Shown: positions 23,794 to 39,300 of the stretch, in pieces | Layout: every line of letters begins with the position of its first letter | Position numbering within the stretch: position 1 is the stretch's first letter | Assembly (NCBI RefSeq): GCF_039654945.1 | Contig: NW_027361819.1 | Coordinates: 2,418,001 to 2,482,000, forward strand | Direction of reading: 5' to 3' | Length of the DNA stretch: 64,000 bases | Source of the DNA: Dendrobates tinctorius | Lineage: Eukaryota | The notes under the pieces: generated by a model | What the model was told of the DNA's origin: nothing | Seen by the model: the letters and a program-made list of their open reading frames with translations, nothing else | The model's database searches: none | Made by a program: the position numbers and the translations under genes

Positions 23794-24664
23794 TAGTCGC
23801 GGTTGCTTTTCTATGTATCCTGGTGATCATATTACCATCGACAATATCGATTTTTACATCCAAAAATTCTATATTTTTTTGTCCAAAGCAGGAGGTAAAT
23901 CGCACGTTGTCCACATTGATTTCGTTTAGATATTTAATGAAATTATCAAAATCATTCTGAGAATGATCCCATGTGATGAAAATATCATCCACAAATCTCA
24001 GGAAGATGCGGATGTGTTCTATAAAAGGATTGGAAATATTTGTAATATATTTTTCGTCAAATGCTGCTAGAAACAAATTAGCAAAAACCCATACTACGGG
24101 CGTCCCCATAGCGGTACCAGTATTCTGAAGATACCATTGGTTCAGACATTTAAATGCGTTATGGGATAATACAAAGTCCAATCCATCTAAAACAAACGCC
24201 ATCCAATCAGAACTCCTGTCAGAACTCAGCAACATTTTTTGAATAGCTTCAATAGCATTTTTTTGAGGAATCCGTGTATAAAGGTTCACTGCATCAATTG
24301 TGGTTAGAGAAAAACTTCACTGCCAATCAAAGTTTGTTATTATTTTTTTTTTCTTGTTGTGATGGCTCCTGCAGTCAGCATTAAAGATGTAATGATGTTA
24401 CTTGTTTTTAATTGAAAATGTCCATTCATGTTTCTTTAAATGTTCCCCTGTTGTCAATCATAGATCTATTTATGGAAATGACATCAGATAATGACACAGC
24501 TGGAGCTGGGAACGTCTGTGTGCGCGAAACGGCTGTCGTCCGGCTTTTCTCCCCGCATGCCTCATGGTATCTGCCGTCCTTTATTGTGTGACCTGTAATG
24601 GTTGAATAAAGAAACACTGCAGATCTGGGGGAGAGCCGCCTCGTCTCCCTTCTTGTTTTAAATA

Positions 24665-24667
<3 letters not shown>

Positions 24668-24708
<41 letters not shown>
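24668..24708. repeat. (TA)n microsatellite
   Basis: About 20 TA units at the Penelope/satellite junction. Confidence 0.9.
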
Positions 24709-24721
<13 letters not shown>

Positions 24722-24789
24722 TATACACCGCTCTCCTGCAGACACACACTGTATATATACACCGCTCTCCTGCAGACACACACTGTATA

Positions 24790-26010
24790 CACTCACTGGC
24801 CACTTTATTAGGTACACCATGCTAGTAAGGGGTTGGACCCCCTTTTGCCTTCAGAACTGCCTCAATTCTTCGTGGCAGAGATTCAACAAGGTGCTGGAAG
24901 CATTCCTCAGAGATTTTGGACCATATTGACATGATGGCATCACACAGTTGGCGCAGATTTGTCGGCTGCACATCCCTGATGCGAATCTCCCGTTCCACCA
25001 CATCCCAAAGATGCTCTATTGGATTGAGATCTGGTGACTGAGGAGGCCATTTGAGTACAGTGAACTCATTGTCATGTTCAAGAAACCAATCTGAGATGAT
25101 TCGAGCTTTATGACATGGCGCATTATCCTGCTGAAAGTAGCCATCAGATGTTGGGTACATTGTGGTCATAAAGGGATGGACATGGTCAGCAACAATACTC
25201 AGGTAGGCTGTGGCGTTGCAACGATGCTCAATTGGTACCAAGGGGCCCAAAGAGTGCCAAGAAAAAATTCCCCACACCATGACACCACCACCACCAGCCT
25301 GAACCGTTGATACAAGGCAGGATGGATCCATGCTTTCATGTTGTTTACGCCAAATTCTGACCCTACCATCCGAACGTCGCAGCAGAAATCGAGACTCATC
25401 AGACCAGGCAACGTTTTTCCAATCTTCTACTGTCCAATTTCGATGAGCTTGTGCAAATTGTAGCCTCAGTTTCCTGTTCTTAGCTGAGAGGAGTGGTACC
25501 CAGTGTGGTCTTCTGCTGCTGTAGCCCATCTGCCTCAAAGTTCGACGCACTGTGCGTTCAGAGATGCTCTTCTGCCTACCTTGGTTGTAACGGGTGGCAA
25601 TTTGAGTCACTGTTGCCTTTCTATCAGCTCGAACCAGTCTGCCCATTCTCCTCTGACCTCTGGCATCAACAAGGCATTTCCGGCCACAGAACTGCCGCTC
25701 ACTGGATTTTTTTTCTTTTTCGGACCATTCTCTGTAAACCCTAGAGATGGTTGTGCGTGAAAATCCCAGTAGATCAGCAGTTTCTGAAATACTCAGACCA
25801 GCCCTTCTGGCACCAACAATCATGCCACGTTCAAAGGCACTCAAATCACCTTTCTTCCCCATACTGATGCTCGGTTTGAACTGCAGGAGATTGTCTTGAC
25901 CATGTCTACATGCCTAAATGCACTGAGTTGCCGCCATGTGATTGGCTGATTAGAAATTAAGTCTTAACACACAGTTGGACAGGTGTACCTAATAAAGTGG
26001 CCAGTGAGTG
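24790..26010 (-). mobile_element. Intact 1221-bp Tc1/mariner element of DD36E (Incomer-type) structure
   Basis: Perfect 29-bp TIRs CACTCACTGGCCACTTTATTAGGTACACC, TA on both sides, single ORF. Confidence 0.93.
24822..25862 (-). CDS. DD36E transposase, 346 aa
   Basis: HTH N-terminus; WSDES; FQQD followed by 36 residues then E (PDLNPIE); uninterrupted. Confidence 0.93.
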   Translation of the reverse strand: MGKKGDLSAFERGMIVGARRAGLSISETADLLGFSRTTISRVYREWSEKEKKSSERQFCGRKCLVDARGQRRMGRLVRADRKATVTQIATRYNQGRQKSISERTVRRTLRQMGYSSRRPHWVPLLSAKNRKLRLQFAQAHRNWTVEDWKNVAWSDESRFLLRRSDGRVRIWRKQHESMDPSCLVSTVQAGGGGVMVWGIFSWHSLGPLVPIEHRCNATAYLSIVADHVHPFMTTMYPTSDGYFQQDNAPCHKARIISDWFLEHDNEFTVLKWPPQSPDLNPIEHLWDVVEREIRIRDVQPTNLRQLCDAIMSIWSKISEECFQHLVESLPRRIEAVLKAKGGPTPY

Positions 26011-29000
26011 TATATACGCCGCTCTCCTGCAGACACACACTGTATATATACGCCGCTCTCCTGCAGACACACTGTATATATACACCGCTCTCCTGCAGAC
26101 ACACACTGTATATATACACCGCTCTCCTGCAGACACACACTGTATATATACACCGCTCTCCTGCAGACACACACTGTATATATACACCGCTCTCCTGCAG
26201 ACACACTGTATATATACGCCGCTCTCCTGCAGACACACACAGTATATATACACCGCTCTCCTGCAGACACACTGTATATATACACCGCTCTCCTGCAGAC
26301 ACACACTGTATATATACGCCGCTCTCCTGCAGACACACACTGTATATATACGCCGCTCTCCTGCAGACACACACTGTATATATACACCGCTCTCCTGCAG
26401 ACACACACTGTATATATACGCCGCTCTCCTGCAGACACACACTGTATATATACACCGCTCTCCTGCAGACACACTGTATATATACGCCGCTCTCCTGCAG
26501 ACACACACAGTATATATACACCGCTCTCCTGCAGACACACTGTATATATACACCGCTCTCCTGCAGACACACACTGTATATATACACCGCTCTCCTGCAG
26601 ACACACACTGTATATATACACCGCTCTCCTGCAGACACACACTGTATATATACACCGCTCTCCTGCAGACACACTGTATATATACGCCGCTCTCCTGCAG
26701 ACACACACAGTATATATACACCGCTCTCCTGCAGACACACTGTATATATACACCGCTCTCCTGCAGACACACACTGTATATATACACCGCTCTCCTGCAG
26801 ACACACACTGTATATATACGCCGCTCTCCTGCAGACACACACTGTATATATACACCGCTCTCCTGCAGACACACACTGTATATATACGCCGCTCTCCTGC
26901 AGACACACTGTATATATACGCCGCTCTCCTGCAGACACACACAGTATATATACACCGCTCTCCTGCAGACACACTGTATATATACACCGCTCTCCTGCAG
27001 ACACACACTGTATATATACACCGCTCTCCTGCAGACACACACTGTATATATACGCCGCTCTCCTGCAGACACACACTGTATATATACACCGCTCTCCTGC
27101 AGACACACTGTATATATACGCCGCTCTCCTGCAGACACACACAGTATATATACACCGCTCTCCTGCAGACACACTGTATATATACACCGCTCTCCTGCAG
27201 ACACACACTGTATATATACACCGCTCTCCTGCAGACACACACTGTATATATACGCCGCTCTCCTGCAGACACACACTGTATATATACGCCGCTCTCCTGC
27301 AGACACACACTGTATATATACACCGCTCTCCTGCAGACACACACTGTATATATACGCCGCTCTCCTGCAGACACACACTGTATATATACGCCGCTCTCCT
27401 GCAGACACACACTGTATATATACGCCGCTCTCCTGCAGACACACACTGTATATATACGCCGCTCTCCTGCAGACACACACTGTATATATACGCCGCTCTC
27501 CTGCAGACACACACAGTATATATACACCGCTCTCCTGCAGACACACTGTATATATACACCGCTCTCCTGCAGACGCACACTGTATATATACACCGCTCTC
27601 CTGCAGACACACACTGTATATATACACCGCTCTCCTGCAGACACACACAGTATATATACACCGCTCTCCTGCAGACACACACAGTATATATACACCGCTC
27701 TCCTGCAGACACACACAGTATATATACACCGCTCTCCTGCAGACACACACAGTATATATACACCGCTCTCCTGCAGACACACACTGTATATATACACCGC
27801 TCTCCTGCAGACACACTGTATATATACACCGCTCTCCTGCAGACACACACAGTATATATACGCCGCTCTCCTGCAGACACACACAGTATATATACACCGC
27901 TCTCCTGCAGACACACACTGTATATATACGCCGCTCTCCTGCAGACACACACTGTATATATACGCCGCTCTCCTGCAGACACACACTGTATATATACACC
28001 GCTCTCCTGCAGACACACACTGTATATATACACCGCTCTCCTGCAGACACACACAGTATATATACACCGCTCTCCTGCAGACACACACAGTATATATACA
28101 CCGCTCTCCTGCAGACACACTGTATATATACGCCGCTCTCCTGCAGACACACACTGTATATATACACCGCTCTCCTGCAGACACACACTGTATATATACG
28201 CCGCTCTCCTGCAGACACACACTGTATATATACACCGCTCTCCTGCAGACACACTGTATATATACGCCGCTCTCCTGCAGACACACACAGTATATATACA
28301 CCGCTCTCCTGCAGACACACTGTATATATACACCGCTCTCCTGCAGACACACACTGTATATATACGCCGCTCTCCTGCAGACACACACTGTATATATACG
28401 CCGCTCTCCTGCAGACACACACTGTATATATACACCGCTCTCCTGCAGACACACACTGTATATATACGCCGCTCTCCTGCAGACACACACTGTATATATA
28501 CGCCGCTCTCCTGCAGACACACACTGTATATATACGCCGCTCTCCTGCAGACACACACTGTATATATACGCCGCTCTCCTGCAGACACACACTGTATATA
28601 TACGCCGCTCTCCTGCAGACACACACAGTATATATACACCGCTCTCCTGCAGACACACTGTATATATACACCGCTCTCCTGCAGACGCACACTGTATATA
28701 TACACCGCTCTCCTGCAGACACACACTGTATATATACACCGCTCTCCTGCAGACACACACAGTATATATACACCGCTCTCCTGCAGACACACACAGTATA
28801 TATACACCGCTCTCCTGCAGACACACACAGTATATATACACCGCTCTCCTGCAGACACACACAGTATATATACACCGCTCTCCTGCAGACACACACTGTA
28901 TATATACACCGCTCTCCTGCAGACACACTGTATATATACACCGCTCTCCTGCAGACACACACAGTATATATACGCCGCTCTCCTGCAGACACACACAGTA

Positions 29001-32000
29001 TATATACGCCGCTCTCCTGCAGACACACACTGTATATATACGCCGCTCTCCTGCAGACACACACTGTATATATACGCCGCTCTCCTGCAGACACACACTG
29101 TATATATACACCGCTCTCCTGCAGACACACACTGTATATATACACCGCTCTCCTGCAGACACACACAGTATATATACACCGCTCTCCTGCAGACACACAC
29201 AGTATATATACACCGCTCTCCTGCAGACACACTGTATATATACGCCGCTCTCCTGCAGACACACACTGTATATATACGCCGCTCTCCTGCAGACACACAC
29301 TGTATATATACACCGCTCTCCTGCAGACACACACTGTATATATACGCCGCTCTCCTGCAGACACACACTGTATATATACACCGCTCTCCTGCAGACGCAC
29401 ACTGTATATACTGTATACACCGCTCTCCTGCAGACACACACTGTATATATACGCCGCTCTCCTGCAGACACACACAGTATATATACGCCGCTCTCCTGCA
29501 GACACACACTGTATATATACGCCGCTCTCCTGCAGACACACACTGTATATATACACCGCTCTCCTGCAGACACACACTGTATATATACACCGCTCTCCTG
29601 CAGACGCACACAGTATATATACACCGCTCTCCTGCAGACGCACACTGTATATATACACCGCTCTCCTGCAGACGCACACTGTATATACCGCTCTCCTGCA
29701 GACACACACTGTATATATACGCCGCTCTCCTGCAGACACACACTGTATATATACACCGCTCTCCTGCAGACACACACTGTATATATACACCGCTCTCCTG
29801 CAGACACACACTGTATATATACACCGCTCTCCTGCAGACGCACACTGTATATACCGCTCTCCTGCAGACGCACACTGTATATATACGCCGCTCTCCTGCA
29901 GACACACACTGTATATATACACCGCTCTCCTGCAGACACACACAGTATATATACACCGCTCTCCTGCAGACACACACTGTATATATACACCGCTCTCCTG
30001 CAGACACACACAGTATATATACGCCGCTCTCCTGCAGACGCACACTGTATATACCGCTCTCCTGCAGACGCACACTGTATATATACGCCGCTCTCCTGCA
30101 GACACACACTGTATATATACACCGCTCTCCTGCAGACACACACAGTATATATACGCCGCTCTCCTGCAGACACACACTGTATATATACGCCGCTCTCCTG
30201 CAGACACACACTGTATATATACGCCGCTCTCCTGCAGACACACACTGTATATATACGCCGCTCTCCTGCAGACACACACTGTATATATACACCGCTCTCC
30301 TGCAGACACACACTGTATATATACACCGCTCTCCTGCAGACGCACACTGTATATATACACCGCTCTCCTGCAGACACACACTGTATATATACACCGCTCT
30401 CCTGCAGACGCACACAGTATATATACACCGCTCTCCTGCAGACGCACACAGTATATATACACCGCTCTCCTGCAGACACACACTGTATATATACACCGCT
30501 CTCCTGCAGACGCACACAGTATGTATACACCGCTCTCCTGCAAACACACACAGTATATATATACCGCTCTCCTGCAGACACACACAGTATATATACACCG
30601 CTCTCCTGCAGACACACACAGTATATATACACCGCTCTCCTGCAGACACACTGTATATATACACCGCTCTCCTGCAGACACACACAGTATATATACGCCG
30701 CTCTCCTGCAGACACACACTGTATATATACGCCGCTCTCCTGCAGACACACACTGTATATATACGCCGCTCTCCTGCAGACACACACTGTATATATACGC
30801 CGCTCTCCTGCAGACACACACTGTATATATACGCCGCTCTCCTGCAGACACACACAGTATATATACACCGCTCTCCTGCAGACACACACAGTATATATAC
30901 ACCGCTCTCCTGCAGACACACTGTATATATACACCGCTCTCCTGCAGACACACACTGTATATATACACCGCTCTCCTGCAGACACACACTGTATATATAC
31001 ACCGCTCTCCTGCAGACACACACTGTATATATACACCGCTCTCCTGCAGACACACACTGTATATATACACCGCTCTCCTGCAGACACACACTGTATATAT
31101 ACACCGCTCTCCTGCAGACACACACTGTATATATACACAGCTCTCCTGCAGACACACACTGTATATATACACCGCTCTCCTGCAGACACACACTGTATAT
31201 ATACACCGCTCTCCTGCAGACACACACTGTATATATACACCGCTCTCCTGCAGACACACACTGTATATATACACCGCTCTCCTGCAGACACACACTGTAT
31301 ATATACACCGCTCTCCTGCAGACACACACTGTATATATACACCGCTCTCCTGCAGACACACACTGTATATATACACCGCTCTCCTGCAGACACACACTGT
31401 ATATATACACCGCTCTCCTGCAGACACACACAGTATATATACACCGCTCTCCTGCAGACACACACAGTATATATACACCGCTCTCCTGCAGACACACTGT
31501 ATATATACACCGCTCTCCTGCAGACACACACAGTATATATACACCGGTCTCCTGCAGACACACACTGTATATATACACCGCTCTCCTGCAGACACACACT
31601 GTATATATACGCCGCTCTCCTGCAGACACACACTGTATATATACGCCGCTCTCCTGCAGACACACACTGTATATATACGCCGCTCTCCTGCAGACACACA
31701 CTGTATATATACACCGCTCTCCTGCAGACACACACAGTATATATACACCGCTCTCCTGCAGACACACTGTATATATACGCCGCTCTCCTGCAGACACACA
31801 CTGTATATATACGCCGCTCTCCTGCAGACACACACTGTATATATACGCCGCTCTCCTGCAGACACACACTATATATATACGCCGCTCTCCTGCAGACACA
31901 CACTGTATATATACGCCGCTCTCCTGCAGACGCACACTGTATATATACACCGCTCTCCTGCAGACGCACACTGTATATATACACACCGCTCTCCTGCAGA

Positions 32001-34777
32001 CGCACACTGTATATATACGCCGCTCTCCTGCAGACGCACACAGTATATATACGCCGCTCTCCTGCAGACACACACACATTATATATACACCGCTCTCCTG
32101 CAGACACACACTGTATATATACACCGCTCTCCTGCAGACACACACTGTATATATACACCGCTCTCCTGCAGACACACACTGTATATATACACCGCTCTCC
32201 TGCAGACACACACTGTATATATACACCGCTCTCCTGCAGACACACAATGTATATATACACCGCTCTCCTGCAGACACACACTGTATATATACACCGCTCT
32301 CCTGCAGACACACACTGTATATATACGCCGCTCTCCTGCAGACACACACAGTATATATACGCCGCTCTCCTGCAGACACACACTGTATATATACGCCGCT
32401 CTCCTGCAGACACACACTGTATATATACACCGCTCTCCTGCAGACACACACTGTATATATACGCCGCTCTCCTGCAGACACACACTGTATATATACGCCG
32501 CTCTCCTGCAGACACACACTGTATATATACGCCGCTCTCCTGCAGACACACACTGTATATATACACCGCTCTCCTGCAGACACACACTGTATATATACAC
32601 CGCTCTCCTGCAGACACACACTGTATATATACACCGCTCTCCTGCAGACGCACACTGTATATACCGCTCTCCTGCAGACGCACACTGTATATATACGCCG
32701 CTCTCCTGCAGACACACACTGTATATATACACCGCTCTCCTGCAGACACACACAGTATATATACACCGCTCTCCTGCAGACACACACTGTATATATACAC
32801 CGCTCTCCTGCAGACACACACAGTATATATACGCCGCTCTCCTGCAGACGCACACTGTATATACCGCTCTCCTGCAGACGCACACTGTATATATACGCCG
32901 CTCTCCTGCAGACACACACTGTATATATACACCGCTCTCCTGCAGACACACACAGTATATATACGCCGCTCTCCTGCAGACGCACACTGTATATACCGCT
33001 CTCCTGCAGACACACACTGTATATATACGCCGCTCTCCTGCAGACGCACACTGTATATACCGCTCTCCTGCAGACGCACACTGTATATATACGCCGCTCT
33101 CCTGCAGACACACACTGTATATATACACCGCTCTCCTGCAGACACACACAGTATATATACACCGCTCTCCTGCAGACACACACAGTATATATACACCGCT
33201 CTCCTGCAGACACACACTGTATATATACACCGCTCTCCTGCAGACACACACAGTATATATACGCCGCTCTCCTGCAGACACACACAGTATATATACGCCG
33301 CTCTCCTGCAGACACACACTGTATATATACGCCGCTCTCCTGCAGACACACACTGTATATATACACCGCTCTCCTGCAGACACACACTGTATATATACGC
33401 CGCTCTCCTGCAGACACACACTGTATATATACACCGCTCTCCTGCAGACACACAGTATATATACACCGCTCTCCTGCAGACACACACTGTATATATACGC
33501 CGCTCTCCTGCAGACACACACTGTATATATACGCCGCTCTCCTGCAGACACACACTGTATATATACACCGCTCTCCTGCAGACACACACAGTATATTTAC
33601 ACCGCTCTCCTGCAGACACACACTGTATATATACACCGCTCTCCTGCAGACACACTGTATATATACGCCGCTCTCCTGCAGACACACAGTATATATACAC
33701 CGCTCTCCTGCAGACACACTGTATATATACGCCGCTCTCCTGCAGACACACACTGTATATATACGCCGCTCTCCTGCAGACACACACTGAATATATACGC
33801 CGCTCTCCTGCAGACACACACTGTATATATACACCGCTCTCCTGCAGACACACACTGTATATATACACCGCTCTCCTGCAGACGCACACTGTATATATAC
33901 ACCGCTCTCCTGCAGACACACAGTATATATACACCGCTCTCCTGCAGACACACTGTATATATACGCCGCTCTCCTGCAGACACACACTGTATATATACGC
34001 CGCTCTCCTGCAGACACACACTGAATATATACGCCGCTCTCCTGCAGACACACACTGTATATATACACCGCTCTCCTGCAGACGCACACTGTATATATAC
34101 GCCGCTCTCCTGCAGACACACACAGTATATATACACCGCTCTCCTGCAGACACACACTGTATATATACACCGCTCTCCTGCAGACACACACAGTATATAT
34201 ACACCGCTCTCCTGCAGACGCACACAGTATATATACACCGCTCTCCTGCAGACACACACTGTATATATACACCGCTCTCCTGCAGACGCACACAGTATGT
34301 ATACACCGCTCTCCTGCAGACACACACAGTATATATATACCGCTCTCCTGCAGACACACACAGTATATATACACCGCTCTCCTGCAGACACACACAGTAT
34401 ATATACACCGCTCTCCTGCAGACGCACACAGTATATATACACCGCTCTCCTGCAGACGCACACTGTATATATATACCGCTCTCCTGCAGACGCACACTGT
34501 ATATATATACCGCTCTCCTGCAGACGCACACTGTATATATATACCGCTCTCCTGCAGACACACACAGTATATATACACCGCTCTCCTGCAGACACACACA
34601 GTATATATACACCGCTCTCCTGCAGACACACACTGTATATATACACCGCTCTCCTGCAGACACACACAGTATATATACACCGCTCTCCTGCAGACACACA
34701 CAGTATATATACGCCGCTCTCCTGCAGACGCACACAGTATATATACGCCGCTCTCCTGCAGACGCACACAGTATATA

Positions 34778-36371
<1,594 letters not shown>

Positions 36372-39300
36372 TTTATACCGCTCTCCTGCAGACACACACA
36401 GTATATATACGCCGCTCTCCTGCAGACGCACACTGTATATATACACCGCTCTCCTGCAGACACACACTGTATATATACACCGCTCTCCTGCAGACACACA
36501 CTGTATATATACGCCGCTCTCCTGCAGACACACACTGTATATATACACCGCTCTCCTGCAGACACACACTGTATATATACACCGCTCTCCTGCAGACACA
36601 CACTGTATATACACCGCTCTCCTGCAGACACACTGTATATATACACCGCTCTCCTGCAGACACACACTGTATATATACACCGCTCTCCTGCAGACACACA
36701 CTGTATATATACGCCGCTCTCCTGCAGACACACACAGTATATATACACACCGCTCTCCTGCAGACACACACAGTATATATACACACCGCTCTCCTGCAGA
36801 CACACACTGTATATATACGCCGCTCTCCTGCAGACACACACTGTATATATACACCGCTCTCCTGCAGACACACTGTATATATACGCCGCTCTCCTGCAGA
36901 CACACACTGTATATATACCGCTCTCCTGCAGACACACTGTATATATACACCGCTCTCCTGCAGACACACACAGTATATATACACCGCTCTCCTGCAGACA
37001 CACAGTATATATACACCGCTCTCCTGAAGACACACACTGTATATATACACCGCTCTCCTGCAGACACACACTGTATATATGCCGCTCTCCTGCAGACACA
37101 CACTGTATATATACACACCGCTCTCCTGCAGACACACACTGTATATATACACCGCTCTCCTGCAGACACACACTGTATATATACGCCGCTCTCCTGCAGA
37201 CGCACACTGTATATATACACCGCTCTCCTGCAGACACACACTGTATATATACACCGCTCTCCTGCAGACACACACTGTATATATACACCGCTCTCCTGCA
37301 GACACACACTGTATATATACACACCGCTCTCCTGCAGACGCACACTGTATATATACACCGCTCTCCTGCAGACACACACTGTATATATACACCGCTCTCC
37401 TGCAGACACACACTGTATATATACACCGCTCTCCTGCAGACACACACTGTATATATACACCGCTCTCCTGCAGACACACACTGTATATATACACCGCTCT
37501 CCTGCAGACACACAGTATATATACGCCGCTCTCCTGCAGACACACACTGTATATATACACCGCTCTCCTGCAGACACACACTGTATATATACACCGCTCT
37601 CCTGCAGACACACACTGTATATATACACCGCTCTCCTGCAGACACACACTGTATATATACACCGCTCTCCTGCAGACACACACTGTATATATACACACCG
37701 CTCTCCTGCAGACACACACTGTATATATACGCCGCTCTCCTGCAGACACACAGTATATATACGCCGCTCTCCTGCAGACACACACTGTATATATACGCCG
37801 CTCTCCTGCAGACACACACTGTATATATACACCGCTCTCCTGCAGACACACACTGTATATATACGCCGCTCTCCTGCAGACACACACTGTATATATACAC
37901 CGCTCTCCTGCAGACACACACTGTATATATACACCGCTCTCCTGCAGACACACACTGTATATATACACCGCTCTCCTGCAGACACACACTGTATATATAC
38001 ACACCGCTCTCCTGCAGACACACACTGTATATATACACACCGCTCTCCTGCAGACACACACAGTATATATACACCGCTCTCCTGCAGACACACACAGTAT
38101 ATATACGCCGCTCTCCTGCAGACACACACTGTATATATACGCCGCTCTCCTGCAGACACACTGTATATATACGCCGCTCTCCTGCAGACACACACTGTAT
38201 ATATACGCCGCTCTCCTGCAGACACACACTGTATATATACACCGCTCTCCTGCAGACACACACAGTATATATACACCGCTCTCCTGCAGACACACTGTAT
38301 ATATACGCCGCTCTCCTGCAGACGCACACAGTATATATACACCGCTCTCCTGCAGACGCACACAGTATATATACACCGCTCTCCTGCAGACACACACTGT
38401 ATATATACGCCGCTCTCCTGCAGACACACACTGTATATATACGCCGCTCTCCTGCAGACACACACTGTATATATACGCCGCTCTCCTGCAGACACACACT
38501 GTATATATACACCGCTCTCCTGCAGACACACACAGTATATATACACCGCTCTCCTGCAGACGCACACTGTATATATACACCGCTCTCCTGCAGACGCACA
38601 CTGTATATATATACCGCTCTCCTGCAGACGCACACTGTATATATATACCGCTCTCCTGCAGACACACACAGTATATATACACCGCTCTCCTGCAGACACA
38701 CACAGTATATATACACCGCTCTCCTGCAGACACACACAGTATATATACACCGCTCTCCTGCAGACACACACAGTATATATACACCGCTCTCCTGCAGACA
38801 CACACAGTATATATATACCGCTCTCCTGCAGACGCACACTGTATATATATACCGCTCTCCTGCAGACACACACAGTATATATACACCGCTCTCCTGCAGA
38901 CACACACTGTATATATACACCGCTCTCCTGCAGACACACACAGTATATATACACCGCTCTCCTGCAGACACACACAGTATATATACGCCGCTCTCCTGCA
39001 GACGCACACAGTATATATACGCCGCTCTCCTGCAGACGCACACAGTATATACTGTATATACCGCTCTCCTGCAGACACACACAGTATATATACGCCGCTC
39101 TCCTGCAGACGCACACTGTATATATACGCCGCTCTCCTGCAGACACACACTGTATATATACACCGCTCTCCTGCAGACACACACTGTATATATACGCCGC
39201 TCTCCTGCAGACACACACTGTATATATACGCCGCTCTCCTGCAGACACACACTGTATATATACACACCGCTCTCCTGCAGACACACACAGTATATATACA

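Larger units (their letters stand above)
20946..24665 (-). mobile_element. 5'-truncated, decayed Penelope-like retroelement (RT + GIY-YIG) bracketed by inverted ~310-bp terminal repeats
   Basis: RT fragment 24289-23796 (NLYTRIP, GTAMGT..FANLFL, FLRFVDDIF), continuation 22825-22466, GIY-YIG remnant 22267-21960 (YTGKTIRP..RFREH). 21088-21396 and 24352-24660 are reverse complements. Outer boundaries approximate. Confidence 0.85.
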
